Shown here: positions 36,514 through 45,923 of the stretch, piece after piece
How positions within the stretch are numbered: the first letter of the stretch is position 1
How the letters are laid out: the number at the start of each line of letters is the position of its first letter
IMG/VR virus record: IMGVR_UViG_3300044643_000328
Span: 1 to 64,000 of that record
Origin: an uncultured virus (IMG/VR IMGVR_UViG_3300044643_000328)
Lineage: Duplodnaviria > Heunggongvirae > Uroviricota > Caudoviricetes
Length of the DNA stretch: 64,000 nt
Strand: one strand, 5' to 3'
Program-made: the position numbers and the translations under genes
Notes under the pieces: model-generated
Told to the model about the DNA's origin: nothing
Seen by the model: the letters and a program-made list of their open reading frames with translations, nothing else
Databases searched by the model: none

Positions 36514-37206
36514 TTAAACTTCTATTACATTACCAAAAGATGTAAGTCCAAGATCAAAACGGCCATCATATACACAAGCTGCGTTAGAAAACTTAGTCTT
36601 AGTGTGTGAGTAGGTAGATACTCCTTGGTTGGTATCTACACCGTCCATATTGTGGATGTGACCAAAGCACATTAGCTTTAATGTATCACGTAGCTTCCAG
36701 CATCTTTTAGTAAGAGCTTGATCTCCACAGAATTCAAGCTGTCCATGCCTATCAAATGATAAGTCACGTACTCCCTTAGGTGGGCCGTGTACTATAAGTA
36801 CATCAGTGTCATCTGGGATTTTAGCCCAAACGTCATGTGTTTTATCACGAGCTTTCATAAAAGCCCACTGACCAAACGTAGGAGTAATGGGCGATCCGTA
36901 GAACTTGACACCGTCTATAATAGTAGCTGAATTCTCTAAATAGATAATACCACGTTGTGCAAAGTCAGCTGGTGTGACTTTCTTTCTTTCTATAGAAGTA
37001 TCATGATTACCGGCTACATATATCTTATGCTTTACTGGTATCATCTCGTACCAGTTTAAGAAGTTAACAACTTCTGGCTCATTCATATGTACAGCAAACC
37101 AATTAGAGCAGTCACCGCTGTGAACTACTACATCTATACCTTCCCAAGTGCTATCAGGAAACTGATTGTGGTATCCGTGAGTATCACTAATGTGTAGTAT
37201 CTTCAT
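36514..37206 (-). CDS. Calcineurin-like metallophosphoesterase
   Basis: HISDTHG, HSGD, AGNHD, VHGPP, FGHIH motifs. Confidence 0.9.
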   Translation of the reverse strand: MKILHISDTHGYHNQFPDSTWEGIDVVVHSGDCSNWFAVHMNEPEVVNFLNWYEMIPVKHKIYVAGNHDTSIERKKVTPADFAQRGIIYLENSATIIDGVKFYGSPITPTFGQWAFMKARDKTHDVWAKIPDDTDVLIVHGPPKGVRDLSFDRHGQLEFCGDQALTKRCWKLRDTLKLMCFGHIHNMDGVDTNQGVSTYSHTKTKFSNAACVYDGRFDLGLTSFGNVIEV

Positions 37207-37414
37207 CGTTTAAATAGTTTTGTTCGTTTATATAATTATTAGCATCATTAACATGATTGCATAGACCGTCAGCATGTCCAGCATTATAGTCTTCTACACG
37301 CTGTAGCATTTCTCTGTGTAACAGATTGGTTACCAGGTTGTTAAATACTTCAGTAGTGTCATACCTTGATCGTACATAGTCTGCTAGTCTTTCTACAGGA
37401 GTTTGTCTTTTCAT
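37187..37414 (-). CDS. Hypothetical protein
   Basis: 75 aa; KRQTPVE N-terminal pattern is common in small proteins of Bacteroidota phages. Confidence 0.5.
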   Translation of the reverse strand: MKRQTPVERLADYVRSRYDTTEVFNNLVTNLLHREMLQRVEDYNAGHADGLCNHVNDANNYINEQNYLNDEDTTH

Positions 37415-37416
37415 AA

Positions 37417-38271
37417 TTAAAATATGTATCTAATGTTAGCGGGATCAAAGAACTCTGCATAGAGTTTAGTAAACTGGTTAATCATTTCTTTCTTTAGCTG
37501 CCACTGGTAACGGATATTATCAGCAGCATACTGAGAATCTTTAGACTCTTGTATATCAGGACGCCATAAAATGTCTCTTACTATATCAGAGTTACGCTCA
37601 TGCTGATGTACGTTGTGTGTAAGGAATATGCATTCACACTTAACATCTATACCGGCAGCTTTAAGTTGCTCAAATAGTTTACGGTATTCTTGTAACCAAC
37701 CATCTGTATAAATGATAGGGCTAAAGTTAATGTGTACTTCCATGTACTGCTGTAGCCTAGGTATACTTTTTATACGCTCTTCTATAGTGTCTGTACCTGG
37801 TTCTAATACATCAGAGTATATCTGAGGCATCAGGCTTACCCGGACCCGGTGTTTATCAGGATGAATTATAAACCTTTCATTAGGACGAAACATAGTTGGA
37901 TACTTAGTAGCAAAGGTGCTCTTAGCCATTTTGTGATTCTCAAACCAGCCAAAAACATGTTCCCAGTTATAGTGTTTACTCATTAGTGCTACATCCGTGC
38001 TACAACCAATATCTATAGTGTAATACTTCTTGTCACATTGGTTTGGAGCTTTGGGCCATGGTTTATCTACTAACCAGTCCCAAACTGATTGTAAAATATC
38101 ATTAGTGTTTTCGTTTATATATACTTTGTCATGGTTGTATCTACCTACATAGCAGTAGGAATTCATACAACCACCCAAGCACCCGTAAATAAAGTTAGGA
38201 CTAACAGCATCTGAGCTGCGTCCATTATCACGGGTGATTAGGGTTTTGGTTTTTTGATGGATAATTTTCAT
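37417..38271 (-). CDS. Spore photoproduct lyase (SplB)-like radical SAM protein
   Basis: PNFIYGCLGGCMNSYCYV, DIGCSTD, FATKYP, RVRVSLMP, HINFSPII, CIFLTH match the SPL family pattern. Confidence 0.8.
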   Translation of the reverse strand: MKIIHQKTKTLITRDNGRSSDAVSPNFIYGCLGGCMNSYCYVGRYNHDKVYINENTNDILQSVWDWLVDKPWPKAPNQCDKKYYTIDIGCSTDVALMSKHYNWEHVFGWFENHKMAKSTFATKYPTMFRPNERFIIHPDKHRVRVSLMPQIYSDVLEPGTDTIEERIKSIPRLQQYMEVHINFSPIIYTDGWLQEYRKLFEQLKAAGIDVKCECIFLTHNVHQHERNSDIVRDILWRPDIQESKDSQYAADNIRYQWQLKKEMINQFTKLYAEFFDPANIRYIF

Positions 38272-38272
38272 A

Positions 38273-38674
38273 CTAATAAGTTGGTATATCCATAGTCTCT
38301 AAACCGTAAGACTTTAGGAAGATGTTAAGCTGCGTGGTTAATCCTTGCTTCTTAATGTCATCCATGTCTTCTATTTGTAGACTAAGTTTAAAATAATGTT
38401 CCATTGCTATAGTAGCAATCTGGAATAATTCAGTCATATCCTGACCTTCATACACTGCTCCTTCATAACCATCTTTTTTAAGCTTGACTAAAAAGTCATC
38501 TACTGGTTTTTGAAGTTCGTCATATAATTGCTTGGTTAACAATTTAATACGTTGTTTAACCAAACTTTTATCTGGAAGTACAGCTTCTTCTAAAAAGTTA
38601 GTCATCATACCACATAGAGCGTGGTATACGATTAAATTATACTTCTTGTGATTTCTTGGTAGGACCTTTCCCAT
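38273..38674 (-). CDS. Hypothetical protein
   Basis: 133-aa ORF, translationally coupled to its neighbours. Confidence 0.55.
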   Translation of the reverse strand: MGKVLPRNHKKYNLIVYHALCGMMTNFLEEAVLPDKSLVKQRIKLLTKQLYDELQKPVDDFLVKLKKDGYEGAVYEGQDMTELFQIATIAMEHYFKLSLQIEDMDDIKKQGLTTQLNIFLKSYGLETMDIPTY

Positions 38675-39336
38675 TACATGATTTGATGTTTATATAAAAC
38701 TACCCTGATCTTTTGTATAAGATCGTCTATTTGACTGTCATTATTAATTACAGCATCAAAGCTCCAATTGTCTAAACTAGTCTCAGATGGATGTGGATTG
38801 ATGGGCTGTACACCTGGTCTGTTTATACGTATAACAATACCACCAGCTTTCTTAATAGCTTCTGCTTCATTAGGAAAACGTGTATCTGTAATAATCCAAT
38901 TAGGATAATCAACACAGTTAACTGTTGTTCCCATTTTACTTGTACCGCATTCTGATGACTGTTTTTTATAGTCAGCCATAACAGCGTTGACCCATGCATT
39001 AGTATGTAAACCATCTCTAATTGCATCAGTACCTAGTTTTTGTAATAAGTCTCTTACAGTCATTGGTACTAATTGCATATCCTGCTTCTTTGGAAAGATA
39101 CCGTCTTGTCTTTTACCAGGTCTCATTTTTAATGAAGACCACTCTGGACCTAATTCTGTTTTCTTAAACTCTTGGTCTTCAAACTTTTCTACAGGGATGC
39201 CTGTTAGTATAGAAGCCATGGTCTTTAATTTACCAGCCCATTTCTTAACCTCCCATTTGTTTAGGCTAATCTCTTGTATAATAGTACCCGCTAAATCTTT
39301 TCCAGATCCGGAGTATCCGCTAATTCCTATAATCAT
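38674..39336 (-). CDS. Deoxynucleoside monophosphate kinase
   Basis: IIGISGYSGSGKD P-loop, RDLLQKLGTD, ITDTRFPNE, HPSE. Confidence 0.88.
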   Translation of the reverse strand: MIIGISGYSGSGKDLAGTIIQEISLNKWEVKKWAGKLKTMASILTGIPVEKFEDQEFKKTELGPEWSSLKMRPGKRQDGIFPKKQDMQLVPMTVRDLLQKLGTDAIRDGLHTNAWVNAVMADYKKQSSECGTSKMGTTVNCVDYPNWIITDTRFPNEAEAIKKAGGIVIRINRPGVQPINPHPSETSLDNWSFDAVINNDSQIDDLIQKIRVVLYKHQIM

Positions 39337-39617
39337 AAGTTTACATCTTCATGTTTAAGTATATCATACACGTTATCATAATCTATATCTACTAGTGTCC
39401 CTACAGGAAGATCGTAGATAACAAGATTATTAGCTACAGATGCTGTAATGTTTCGTTTGTCTCTATCTATTGATACAACGTTACACCAGAATCTTTCTTC
39501 ACCTGGACATATTTTTACATAATCACCTTCTTGAATGTCATTAAGACAATCTTCACAAGGAGCGTTAAAAGTAGAGGGATATTTGATTGCCAGTTCTCTG
39601 GCGTTAATTAGTTCCAT
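39333..39617 (-). CDS. Hypothetical protein (DUF2314-like SH3-type fold possible)
   Basis: GDYVKI...ERFWCNV pattern. Start placed at MELINAR. Confidence 0.45.
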   Translation of the reverse strand: MELINARELAIKYPSTFNAPCEDCLNDIQEGDYVKICPGEERFWCNVVSIDRDKRNITASVANNLVIYDLPVGTLVDIDYDNVYDILKHEDVNL

Positions 39618-39627
39618 TATTGTATTT

Positions 39628-39969
39628 TTAATCATTAAAGTAAAAGTCAGGATGTCTTTCTTCTTCTAAAGCTTTTACTAAGTTGTTGTGTCCTTGTAAA
39701 GCTTCATCATAAGTATTGTATCTACGCTGATATTCATTATGCGGGCCTTCAAATATCATAGACTCAAATAATACTGGGTCAGATGATTCTTCAGTTGTAC
39801 CAAAGTTTAAGCTGTGGTCAAAGTGTAAGAATACTGTAGATATTCTTTGGTTACCTATAAGTGTATTGCCAACATGTTTTGTAGGCCCACTAAAGTCACC
39901 TAGCATAGGATACTTACCTTCTGGTAGCATTTCTACTGTATGATCTTCATTTAATTTATACCATCTCAT
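39628..39969 (-). CDS. Conserved phage hypothetical protein
   Basis: ISTVFL..DH...PVLFESMIF...RRY.TYDEA..GH motif is typical of a widespread phage family. Confidence 0.6.
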   Translation of the reverse strand: MRWYKLNEDHTVEMLPEGKYPMLGDFSGPTKHVGNTLIGNQRISTVFLHFDHSLNFGTTEESSDPVLFESMIFEGPHNEYQRRYNTYDEALQGHNNLVKALEEERHPDFYFND

Positions 39970-39971
39970 AA

Positions 39972-40313
39972 TTATTGTTTGTATTTTTTATTAATATGGG
40001 CTTCTATTAATTCTATAACTTCTTCCATATCTTCTTGTGGAAGAGCTATAAGTTGTTCTGTAATAAGCATTACATAAACTAAATCTGCTTTATCTAATTC
40101 TTTTTTTACTATAAGGGCTGATTCAGAATCGGGTAGTAAATCACATACGTGATTAATAGCTGCTTTAACTTTTTGTAAAGCGTTGTTCAAAACATACTTT
40201 TGTTTCTGTGATGTAGCAGCTTTTGCATAGTCAATTCTTACTTCTATACATTTCATATGCTGCAAAACAGATGAAAATAGTTCTCCTATAGACGTTTCGT
40301 TTAAGGTGTCCAT
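39972..40313 (-). CDS. Hypothetical helical protein
   Basis: 113-aa ORF. Confidence 0.55.
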   Translation of the reverse strand: MDTLNETSIGELFSSVLQHMKCIEVRIDYAKAATSQKQKYVLNNALQKVKAAINHVCDLLPDSESALIVKKELDKADLVYVMLITEQLIALPQEDMEEVIELIEAHINKKYKQ

Positions 40314-40323
40314 ACTAAATATT

Positions 40324-40349
40324 AAAAGCAGGAGGTTTCCCCCCTGCTT
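40324..40349 (-). terminator. Intrinsic terminator
   Basis: Minus strand AAGCAGGGGG-GAAA-CCTCCTGCTT followed by TT; GNRA loop. Confidence 0.7.
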
Positions 40350-40358
40350 GTTTTTAAA

Positions 40359-41186
40359 TTACATGAATGTTACTCCAAAGCTATCTTGGTCTACCAACTC
40401 AAAAGATGGTTCTTCTTGTTCTGAAGATACAATATCATCTGGAGTTATCTCTGGTATAGAAAGTGTTTGTAGTTGACCAAATTCGTTAACAAAGAAGTTA
40501 TGTACTTCTTGATGGTCGTTTAAGAAAGTTAGCGGATGAGATTCTTTTAAAGCAAGAGTTATATGATTGTATAAGCTCCATGCTGAATTAGGATCTGCAT
40601 TGTAACTATGAGAAGGAGTAGTCATCTCTCTTTTAACTTGAGCAAGCTGAGTTAAAGTTAAGATTTCTTTATCAGCGTAAAGCTGTCCAATAATACTACT
40701 TTGGTCTCTTTTAGATAAACGTGTTTGCTTAAGCATCTCTTTATCTGCAATAAGATTGTTATAGTATTGTGTAGCATTAGCTATCTGAAATTGAATAGAT
40801 GATGTAACATCTGCTAAAGCTGTACCTGTATGTTTACGCTTGTAGTTACCTAGATCTCCAGATACTACACCGTTCATGCATACAAATACTTGTGCTCCTA
40901 TAGCACATTTAAACTTCATCATCTTGTTGTATGAGTTGCTCCACGCAAACATCATACCCATATCTTTATCTGTAGTAGAGTTAAGATGATAGATACCTTG
41001 TGCTATCTGACCATCTAAGCTACATTTATATAGTGATTTTGTTACCTCTAAGCCAGCAGATGCTAGCTCTTGTTTGGCTTGATCAATTACATAGCCGTGA
41101 GGAATTACAGTGTAAGTCTTCCCGTGTGTAGGAAGAGCTGTGTTTCTAATGTGTTGTTCTGTTACAAACGTTGTTTTAATTGGCAT
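40359..41186 (-). CDS. DUF932-like protein
   Basis: NSYNK...G.QVFVCMNG...KRKHT...W.LYNHIT pattern. Confidence 0.7.
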   Translation of the reverse strand: MPIKTTFVTEQHIRNTALPTHGKTYTVIPHGYVIDQAKQELASAGLEVTKSLYKCSLDGQIAQGIYHLNSTTDKDMGMMFAWSNSYNKMMKFKCAIGAQVFVCMNGVVSGDLGNYKRKHTGTALADVTSSIQFQIANATQYYNNLIADKEMLKQTRLSKRDQSSIIGQLYADKEILTLTQLAQVKREMTTPSHSYNADPNSAWSLYNHITLALKESHPLTFLNDHQEVHNFFVNEFGQLQTLSIPEITPDDIVSSEQEEPSFELVDQDSFGVTFM

Positions 41187-41196
41187 AATTGTGGGG

Positions 41197-43137
41197 TTAA
41201 AAGAGTGAGAGTTGTGTTGAAGATCTTGGTTTGACCTTTTCTATTTGTTCAATTTGTTTATAGATTTCTTCTAAATAGTATGACTTGTTTATATCATACT
41301 CACTGAACGGTTTATTTGGATCTATCTTATTTATTACAGTTTGTAACCATTGTCCAGCTTCAGCCTGTATTTCTCTACCATCCTTGTTGCATTTAACAAG
41401 TTTAGATCCTCTGTTAGAGATAAAATATCTTATAATTTTTTGTAGCTTGTTTACATGTAGAGCACCGTCTTTTACACTACGCTCTTCAAAGTACCAACCA
41501 CCTTTAGATTTAACTCCTGCACAGTAGTCAAATATGTTTTGATCTTGTGCAAGAAAGTCTTCAGGCATTATACCTTTAGTAAAATATGCATACACTGCTT
41601 TAGGTACAACAAGGCAGCTTTTGTTCTTATGGAAGATAGATACTTTTTTCTTTTCAAGATCTTCCCACTCAAACTTACCTTTACATTTAGTTTTACCGTT
41701 TTTATAAATTGCTATATAGTTGTTAACGTCAGCTAAGATAAGTTTACTATACTCATCATGCTCTAGACTTAACTGAGTCATTAGCTCCCACTTACGACAT
41801 ATCTCGTGGTATTTCTCGATTTTGTCATTAGGTAGTAAAGTCTCAAGACCATCAGTGTTTTGCATAAGAGGCACAGCTTCTGGTATTTGCTCACAGATCA
41901 TTTCATAGAGCATGCTTAAGCTAAGCTGACCGTTGATGGTAATCTGCATAGTCATCTTTGGATCGTACAGGAAACTATTTTCATCACCTGTTAAACCGTA
42001 TGTGCTGTTAAGAATAATCTTATACACGTAGTTTTTAGGGTCAGACTTAGGAATCTTCTTACGCTCTTCAAAGAACCACTCATATAGATTGCAAAACTCT
42101 TGTGCTGGTAGATGCTCTGGATGAAATCCATTTCTAATAGCTAGATTAGGATAGAAGCTAGTTACATCGGATGTCATAATAGTCCATCCTGGTTTAGCTT
42201 CATATACTCCTGCATCTGCTGCACCGTGAATACCGCCTAGACCGTAATCAGTTTTAACACCTTTATAGTTCATACTAAACTTAAATCCATCTTTAGTAGA
42301 TGTAATTACTTTAGTACGTAGATAGTCTAATACTTTCTGAAACTCTGGTGTTTGAAATTTAATGTAAGGTAGTATACACTCTGCAAGGATTATATAATCT
42401 CTTGGCGTTCTCATCTGTTTGATTTCAGATTTTGGTATACCTAGCTTCTGGTGCAAGAAGTGTACGAATAACTCTTTAGATATGCGGGGCTCTGACGCAG
42501 AATACAAGTCAATGTTATATTCTTTAGTAAGAGTCTGTCTAAGTTGTATTTGTTCTTTAGAATGTTCTAGTATCATTTTAGTACTAAGAACATCATTGTG
42601 ACAATACTTTATGATCATCTGTAACTGCTCTGGAGTTTCAACAGGCATGTAATGCGGGTGAGGCATCTCTTCTACATTCTGCCAATCCATAGAATACTGT
42701 ATCCATTTAAGAGAGCTCATCTTGGCACGGTTGTCCCAGTGGTTCATCTTAAATAAATCTATCTGGCGGATCTTAAGTTTATATAGAGGGTATTCTGCAA
42801 ACTCTCCTTTGTCAGATTTGTTTATAGTCTTCTGTGCATAGTCATAGATATATTTGATAACAGCTTCTGTATCAAGCTTTAAAAGCTTAGCTTGGTTATC
42901 TAATATACTTTGGCTTATCTGAGCATCAAACGCTATACCGTTATAAGAAATATGGTATTGCTTCTGAGCTACACAGTTATTTAAGAAAGCTATAAACTTA
43001 GGGAGATCGTTTCTGTCTTTGTGTATTACAAAAAGATGTTTGACAGATTCATCTTTGTAGTGTTGGAATACTGCTACAAAACAATTAGAAAGAGTTTCGT
43101 AGTCCATTACCCAATGTGTCATTGGCCTATCGCTCAT
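41197..43137 (-). CDS. polB: Family B DNA polymerase with 3'-5' exonuclease
   Basis: Exonuclease motifs MDYET, YNGIAFD, YCHNDV; polymerase motifs SDVTSFYPN, KIILNSTYG, NTDG. Confidence 0.92.
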   Translation of the reverse strand: MSDRPMTHWVMDYETLSNCFVAVFQHYKDESVKHLFVIHKDRNDLPKFIAFLNNCVAQKQYHISYNGIAFDAQISQSILDNQAKLLKLDTEAVIKYIYDYAQKTINKSDKGEFAEYPLYKLKIRQIDLFKMNHWDNRAKMSSLKWIQYSMDWQNVEEMPHPHYMPVETPEQLQMIIKYCHNDVLSTKMILEHSKEQIQLRQTLTKEYNIDLYSASEPRISKELFVHFLHQKLGIPKSEIKQMRTPRDYIILAECILPYIKFQTPEFQKVLDYLRTKVITSTKDGFKFSMNYKGVKTDYGLGGIHGAADAGVYEAKPGWTIMTSDVTSFYPNLAIRNGFHPEHLPAQEFCNLYEWFFEERKKIPKSDPKNYVYKIILNSTYGLTGDENSFLYDPKMTMQITINGQLSLSMLYEMICEQIPEAVPLMQNTDGLETLLPNDKIEKYHEICRKWELMTQLSLEHDEYSKLILADVNNYIAIYKNGKTKCKGKFEWEDLEKKKVSIFHKNKSCLVVPKAVYAYFTKGIMPEDFLAQDQNIFDYCAGVKSKGGWYFEERSVKDGALHVNKLQKIIRYFISNRGSKLVKCNKDGREIQAEAGQWLQTVINKIDPNKPFSEYDINKSYYLEEIYKQIEQIEKVKPRSSTQLSLF

Positions 43138-43180
43138 ATGTGTGGTGTTCAGTTAAGCTGTCCCCCCAATATAAGAAGCC

Positions 43181-43206
43181 AAAAAAAGGCAGATGGGTAA
43201 CTGCCT
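43181..43206 (-). terminator. Intrinsic terminator upstream of polB
   Basis: Minus strand AGGCAG-TTACCCAT-CTGCCT followed by a T-run. Confidence 0.65.
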
Positions 43207-43246
43207 CTTAATGGTCATCTTAAACTCTAAAAAAATAGCTACGGAA

Positions 43247-43651
43247 TTACACCGTAACAATACTGCTTTGTTTCACAGGAGCTTTAACAGCATCTACGTA
43301 TTGATTGTAATCAAAGGTGTCTGCATTTAAAGCTAGTAAATTGATTATATCTTTAATCTCTTCTGGTGATTCTACGTAGTACTCATAGTAAGTCTCAATA
43401 GTCTTACGCTCTTCTGCGTACTCTTTACCATTAGATCTTTTTCCTATCTTCATTGTTTGTGGGTCTCCAAACTCATTAAGCTTAGCTAGCATGTGTAAAG
43501 ATTGTTTCTTCTCTTTACCAATAAGAGCTAACACTTTAGCTTCAGGATCAAAAATAGCCTCATTATAAGGACTGTCTGGAGTAGCTGGGATCATCTTAAA
43601 TGTTTTACCATTAGCCCAGGTCCCAGTAATAAGAATCATTGATTTGTTCAT
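43247..43651 (-). CDS. Hypothetical protein in the replication module
   Basis: 134-aa ORF. Confidence 0.6.
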   Translation of the reverse strand: MNKSMILITGTWANGKTFKMIPATPDSPYNEAIFDPEAKVLALIGKEKKQSLHMLAKLNEFGDPQTMKIGKRSNGKEYAEERKTIETYYEYYVESPEEIKDIINLLALNADTFDYNQYVDAVKAPVKQSSIVTV

Positions 43652-43674
43652 TGTTTGTTTTTTATACTGTAAAA

Positions 43675-44235
43675 TTACACTGTTTTCTTTAACATATCCA
43701 AATCTTTTACTGGAATTTTTAAAGTTTCTTTTTCTAAGTCACAAGGATCACAAAGTTCACCTAATTCTTTAAGGGTGGTGGCGGGTACATCCAATAGCTT
43801 TGCATAGGTGTCAAAATACTTATCTGGATATAAATAGGTTTCTATATACTTGTACTCACTAGAAGTGTCTCCATAGTATGATTTGATGGCCCTTTTAAGT
43901 ACAGGTGAGAGCTTGGAATACTTACCTAATAAAAAACTATACCAGTCTGTTTGATATATCTCAAAATCAAACACATACAGATTATAATCTTCTATATCTA
44001 GAACATGACTAAACAGTGGGTTACCAATCAACATCTGTGACTCAAACTTTTTGAATCCTTCAGATGTATCTTTTTTATAACTGCATATAAGTTTAGTATC
44101 TTCAGGTTGTATAACTTCATCAATTGATAAGTATACACCTGTAGGTGTAAAGTTACTAGTCCTCTTTATTCCCAGGGCAGGGAATAAAAAGGATCTAGAC
44201 TTTTGGAAGTATTTGGTGTATAAGCTCTCTATCAT
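43675..44235 (-). CDS. Hypothetical protein in the replication module
   Basis: 186 aa; FLFPALG...F..GKYSK pattern, seen next to the nuclease in crAss-like phages. Confidence 0.6.
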   Translation of the reverse strand: MIESLYTKYFQKSRSFLFPALGIKRTSNFTPTGVYLSIDEVIQPEDTKLICSYKKDTSEGFKKFESQMLIGNPLFSHVLDIEDYNLYVFDFEIYQTDWYSFLLGKYSKLSPVLKRAIKSYYGDTSSEYKYIETYLYPDKYFDTYAKLLDVPATTLKELGELCDPCDLEKETLKIPVKDLDMLKKTV

Positions 44236-44248
44236 TTATACAATTTGT

Positions 44249-45280
44249 TTACAAAGTTACTGATCCTGTAGCAAAATCATACGGAAGATCGTAACTTTTA
44301 TTTACATAATGCCACTCAGCTTTGTTTAAAGACTCGTTTAGTCTATTTAGCCAAAGCTTAAGAGTGTTATCAGACACCGGGAATGAATATGTTTGAAACA
44401 TTCTATCTATAACTACAAAGTGGAACTTAAGACTATAACCTCCTAGCTCAAGTTCGTTCTTATACTTGTTAGCTACTAAGCTGCAATAGATAACAGCTTG
44501 TAACCAATAAGAATAAAACTCAACTGTTTCAGGGAAGTCTTTTAAATCTTTACTAGTAGTTTTAACGTCATTGATGTATATAGTTTTTTCATCATGATTG
44601 ACTACTAAGTTATCAATAATTCCTTTAATACCAAAAGGTTTGTCTGTAGCTTCTGCTTGTAATAAAATCTCGTTGTAAACTTCAATGTTATCAAATTCTG
44701 ATACGTTACATCCTATAAGTTTACATAAGTGTTTATCTTTTTTAACAAGCTCTACAGCTGACTTACAGAAATCAAGAGTGTCTTGATCTATAAGTGTTTT
44801 GTTTCCTTTTGCTTTTAAGAATGCCCAATAGTTAGTAGCTTCTGCGGTGATAATTTTATCTAGACGTTGTTGATCTGTCTTTAAGCTCTGATGGTAGTTC
44901 ATGTCTATCATTACATCAAGGATAGCTTGATCAAACTCTTCTAAGTTTGTGCGTTGGTCACCGCTTTGTGATAGTTCTAAGTGGTGTGCATATATTCTAT
45001 CTACTACTTGTTTAATACTGTCACCAGGAAGTTTACTTGGGCTTACAATAAACTGGTCGTTAAACTTATCTTCTTCTAATAAAAGAGTATGGATAATCTT
45101 ACCTTGAACAAGATGCTGATCTACTCTTTCTTCCTTAATCCCCATTACATATAGCTGATGAAACACTATAGGGTTCCATAATAGTTTACTTAAACTACTA
45201 TATGAGAAGTAAAACTTCTTACTATAAAAGTCATCTTGCATAACTTTTATAGACTCTTCCATTAAATTTTCTAGTTCCAT
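44249..45280 (-). CDS. PD-(D/E)xK exonuclease (RecE/DUF3799-like)
   Basis: FSYSSL, G.IIH, KGIIDNL...DVKTT, Y.YWLQAVIY. Confidence 0.8.
   Translation of the reverse strand: MELENLMEESIKVMQDDFYSKKFYFSYSSLSKLLWNPIVFHQLYVMGIKEERVDQHLVQGKIIHTLLLEEDKFNDQFIVSPSKLPGDSIKQVVDRIYAHHLELSQSGDQRTNLEEFDQAILDVMIDMNYHQSLKTDQQRLDKIITAEATNYWAFLKAKGNKTLIDQDTLDFCKSAVELVKKDKHLCKLIGCNVSEFDNIEVYNEILLQAEATDKPFGIKGIIDNLVVNHDEKTIYINDVKTTSKDLKDFPETVEFYSYWLQAVIYCSLVANKYKNELELGGYSLKFHFVVIDRMFQTYSFPVSDNTLKLWLNRLNESLNKAEWHYVNKSYDLPYDFATGSVTL
44252..44259 (-). promoter_or_regulatory. Candidate Bacteroidota sigma70 -7 element (TAACTTTG)
   Basis: Matches TAnnTTTG, 16 nt upstream of the ATG at 44235. Confidence 0.4.
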
Positions 45281-45303
45281 GTTATTGTGTTGGTTGTTTT
45301 AGT

Positions 45304-45510
45304 TTATCTGCTAGGCCATAGTCCTAGCTCTATTAATTTTTCACTCATACGTTGTTGAGATTTTGTATCTACGGTCATAGCTTCCTCATATTCAAGAAAG
45401 TGTACTAACTCTTTTATAAGAGTGTTGCAGTTGTTAAGCTTAGCTGTAGCTTCCGCTAATTCTGCTCTGCAGTCTTCTGCTCTAAAAGTATCTTTATGTA
45501 TATCTTCCAT
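45304..45510 (-). CDS. Small coiled-coil hypothetical protein
   Basis: Start placed at MEDIHKD, right after the HNH stop. Confidence 0.5.
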   Translation of the reverse strand: MEDIHKDTFRAEDCRAELAEATAKLNNCNTLIKELVHFLEYEEAMTVDTKSQQRMSEKLIELGLWPSR

Positions 45511-45511
45511 A

Positions 45512-45892
45512 CTACTTTTGTTTTTCTGATTGTGTTTTAATGTCGTGACATTTTTCACACAAGACTTGTAAGTTATCTTGCTCACAGAACAATCTTTCTA
45601 CAAACCCTGGTAGGTCATCTGCACAGTTTAGACTTCCTGCTCCTATTATATGGTCTACGTTTATTTTCTTTTCAGGAAACCATTTGTGACATGCGTTGCA
45701 TTCATACTCAAACTTCTGACGCTTGTTAGAACCTTTATAAGCTCTACGAGCATCTATTTTGCATTGAGTTATTGGTTTCCACCATCTAGACTTTTGTCTT
45801 AGAGCACTCCTAATAAAACTCCAGAATGCTGATTCTGTCATAGTACCAGCGTTGCGTGTTTTAGGAGTCTTTGGTTTAGTTTGTTTAGCCAT
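45512..45892 (-). CDS. HNH endonuclease
   Basis: CNAC...VDHI...NLQVLCEKCHDIKT. Confidence 0.85.
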   Translation of the reverse strand: MAKQTKPKTPKTRNAGTMTESAFWSFIRSALRQKSRWWKPITQCKIDARRAYKGSNKRQKFEYECNACHKWFPEKKINVDHIIGAGSLNCADDLPGFVERLFCEQDNLQVLCEKCHDIKTQSEKQK

Positions 45893-45908
45893 ATAATATG
45901 TTATACTA

Positions 45909-45916
45909 CAAAGATA
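45909..45916 (-). promoter_or_regulatory. Candidate Bacteroidota sigma70 -7 element (TATCTTTG)
   Basis: Intergenic TAnnTTTG 16 nt upstream of the HNH ATG. Confidence 0.5.
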
Positions 45917-45923
45917 TGCTATG

